NCBI RefSeq assembly: GCF_032191835.1
Contig: NC_083234.1
Span: 51,212,001 to 51,276,000 of the forward strand
DNA length: 64,000 bases
Origin: Heteronotia binoei
Taxonomy: Eukaryota
Reading direction: 5' to 3'
In this document: positions 61,601 to 64,000 of the stretch, one piece after another
Position numbering within the stretch: position 1 is the first letter of the stretch
Layout of the letters: every line of letters starts with the position of its first letter
Notes under the pieces: generated by a model
Databases searched by the model: none
Told to the model about the DNA's origin: nothing
What the model saw: the letters and a program-made list of their open reading frames with translations, nothing else
Program-made: the position numbers and the translations under genes

Positions 61601-63931
61601 AGATTTTTTTGGGTCATATTAAGTTGTTCCTCCTAGAGAAATATGGATATAAGAGTTAAAGGATTGAAAAGTTTTGAAAAGAATTTTATATAAATAAATA
61701 GTTAACTTGGATCAATTTTTAAGAAGGCAGACAACACAATTACTCTGTAATCTGGTAGATTGCTCTTAATATGTTTGTTTGGAGAAATTGTTTATACTGA
61801 GACAGATAAATTACTATTTTTTTCTGCTTATTACTTTTTTTCTCTCTACGTTTTATATTTTAAATCTGATTTTTTTTTCTTTCTGTTTGAAATAAGTAAC
61901 TTAGAAGGATAAAGATATTTGTTTCTTATGCTCATTTTAATGACGACATTGTTAAAACAACAAGTTAGTCTGTATTTTTAATATGGTTAAACTTAGCCAG
62001 TTAATTCTGTGTTGAGACTTCTCTGACTTTTTTATACTTATATGTGCTGAAGAAGAATAGTTTAGACTTGTATTTTAAGAAACAGTTTAGTAAAAAGTGT
62101 ATAATGAAAGATAAAGATAGTAAAATATAAGGGGAAAATTTAATACTTGCAGAAAGAATTGGGTATTTCATTTGGAGGTAGAAATGTAACTGATATATTT
62201 GCATTTTTCTTTGTTTCTGGTCTGCCACTCTGTATCCACCCCTCCCCCTCTTTAATGCTTCTGTATCTATGCTTATGCCTTTTCTTTTTATAGTTAGCAT
62301 CAATAAAAATTATAAAAACAGGATGGCCCCAGAGCAAACTAATTTATGCACTAGCTCACAAGTTTAATGCCAGTAGCTCACAAAGTAGAATTTTTGCTCA
62401 CTAGACTCCACAGCTTAGAGAGAGCATCCTGATGGCACTTTGGGGAAGCTGGGGAAGGAAAGGAAGAGCTATTTATTTAGGCTTCTTTCAGAGGTCTTAG
62501 CAGCAGGGAGTGAAAGAAACCATCTTTAGCAAAGTCACTGGCAGTTACAGACTTTGATTTGGCTAGTAATCAAATCACTTCAGTGGACTGACTCACTCTT
62601 ACCAAGATCCTTTGGCAGAGCTCTCCTTTCTAACTACAGATACTCAAAAGAGAACACCACACCCAGAAGTCAAGACTGCTGGCAACTACAGACACCAGCA
62701 AAGCCTTGACCAACCATCTGGAGGGGATGGAGGGAACAGGACCAGTCAACCCCAGCTACTAATCTACTGCCACGACCATTTGCCATCATCATGTGAGGAT
62801 CTCTATACCACTGTCAGAAATCCTCAAAAGGTGGGATAGACACCGTGTATTTCTAGGGACAAGCCACAGAGCAGCCTCAATTTATAACCCAGGGGATTTC
62901 TGAAGGCTGCTAAGAGTTCAGTCTTAAGATCCATGTCAATGTAACCTTTGACTAGCTAGATTTTATTTTCACATTTCTTACTTGAACTCTTGACATTACA
63001 TTAACTAGAAGCCGATCGGCAAATGCCTTCAGAGGTGACAGTAACACAAAGCTTCCACCCATCTAAGTCACCCAAAAAGCAATTTCAAAAGGATCACCAG
63101 TCTCAAGATTCATGACTCAGACTCAACTCCAAGGCCAGGAAAAGTCCACTCCAACAAAGCGATATCACATGGCAACATGATGCTACCTACGTGATAGGGA
63201 AATTGACAATAGTTGGGTTCTTCTCCACAAAAAAATTATTCTTGGTGAATCTTTTGATGCAAAAGATGAGGTAAGGAGGCAGTTTGGTGAGCTGGAAACG
63301 CTTCAGGAAATTCTCCTTGTAGGTTTTATATTCCTGAAGAAAGCAATTTATGCAGATATGCTGTCACACAGAACCTGAGCTACATCATCACACAAACTCA
63401 CACAACTGACCTAGCCCCTCTCCCAATCCCTTTTTTGTCAAGGAACCAAGCTTAGGAAAAGAACTAACAGTGCAATCCTAAGGGGGGGGAGCTGAAAGTG
63501 CTTTGGGAGCCAACTAGCTGCTACACCGGCAGAAATGGGAGTTCCACCGCTCTAACTCCCTCCCCGCCAGCGCAAACGGGACTTGCGCCACTCTACACCC
63601 GCCTCAGAGTACGCCTGCCCACGGTGGGACCTCCCACTGGTGAGAGGGTGTGATGTTTGGGGTCACTGCATTACCTTTTTCACCCTCTACAAACCATCTT
63701 GGAAAAGATTTAGAAAAGCAGAGGGGACCAAAAAAGACTTACCTTCTCTGTAATTCCATTGAACTTGGCCAGGATGTTGAAAAGTGGCACCTGGGGAATA
63801 ATAAGCTGCTCCTTCTCATCCTTGTAAAGGGGGGCTGTGGGGAGGTCCAGGGTCAGGTACATGAAGGTGGATTCCACCATTTTTTCCTGGTACTCATCAT
63901 TCTGGAGCAGCTGCTCCTTCTCCTCTGCTGG
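58657..63931 (-). CDS. USP39: Ubiquitin-specific peptidase 39 (U4/U6.U5 tri-snRNP Sad1), last 5 exons (partial, 5' exons lie right of the window)
   Basis: Exons 63743-63931, 63191-63333, 59624-59759, 59188-59274, 58657-58707 in frame: PAEEKEQLLQNDEYQEKMVESTFMYLTLDLPTAPLYKDEKEQLIIPQVPLFNILAKFNGITEK/EYKTYKENFLKRFQLTKLPPYLIFCIKRFTKNNFFVEKNPTIVNFPIT/NVDLREYLSEEVQAVHKNTTYDLIANIVHDGKP.../GTGKWYELQDLQVTDILPQMITLSEAYIQ/IWKRRDNEEETNQQGA*. Confidence 0.97.
59906..60165 (-). mobile_element. Squam3-type SINE
   Basis: Same family as 5259-5533. Confidence 0.85.
60272..62426. mobile_element. hAT-like MITE (CAGTGCTCCCTCTAAGCTG TIR) split by a nested insertion
   Basis: Left TIR at 60272 and degenerate right TIR cagcttagagagagca at 62411-62426; flanks ctcctgat/tcctgat; MITE halves at 60272-60368 and 62320-62426. 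Confidence 0.7.
60369..62319 (+). mobile_element. Non-autonomous L1-like retroelement (1951 bp)
   Basis: Flanked by a perfect 17-bp direct repeat aggatggccccagagca (60352-60368, 62320-62336). CpG-containing 5' end, 140-aa Lys/Glu/Leu-rich ORF at 61102-61524, AT-rich 3' part, AATAAA at 62302-62307 and an A-rich tail. No RT motifs seen. Confidence 0.75.
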
Positions 63932-64000
63932 CTGAGAGGGGGAGACAAAGTGATCACAATTAGCAGAGATGGCCGATGCAGAAGGACAAGCTTGGGGGCA

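Overview
64 kb of vertebrate genomic DNA, most likely a gecko-type squamate (inferred from Squam1/2/3-type SINEs, CR1, L2 and Penelope remnants). Six intron-containing genes can be reconstructed by hand from splice sites and recalled homology: NDUFA10 (-, exons 1-5, runs off the left edge), FHIP2B/FAM160B2 (+, 17 exons), NUDT18 (-, 3 exons), REEP4 (-, 8 exons), SFTPB (+, 11 coding exons, with an extra C-terminal saposin-A module) and USP39 (-, last 5 exons, runs off the right edge). The window joins genes that lie on human 2q37, 8p21.3 and 2p11.2, and HR, LGI3 and SFTPC are not at their human positions. Main observations: two retroelements inserted inside 3' splice regions (CR1 at SFTPB exon 8, SINE at REEP4 exon 7) that appear to supply replacement splice signals; a 1.95 kb L1-like element without RT, with a 17-bp TSD, nested in a MITE; a GC-AG intron and candidate poison exons; and a candidate in-frame alternative 5' exon for REEP4. 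I found no wholly new multi-gene system. All homology calls are from memory, with no database search. Repeat boundaries are approximate unless a TSD is given.
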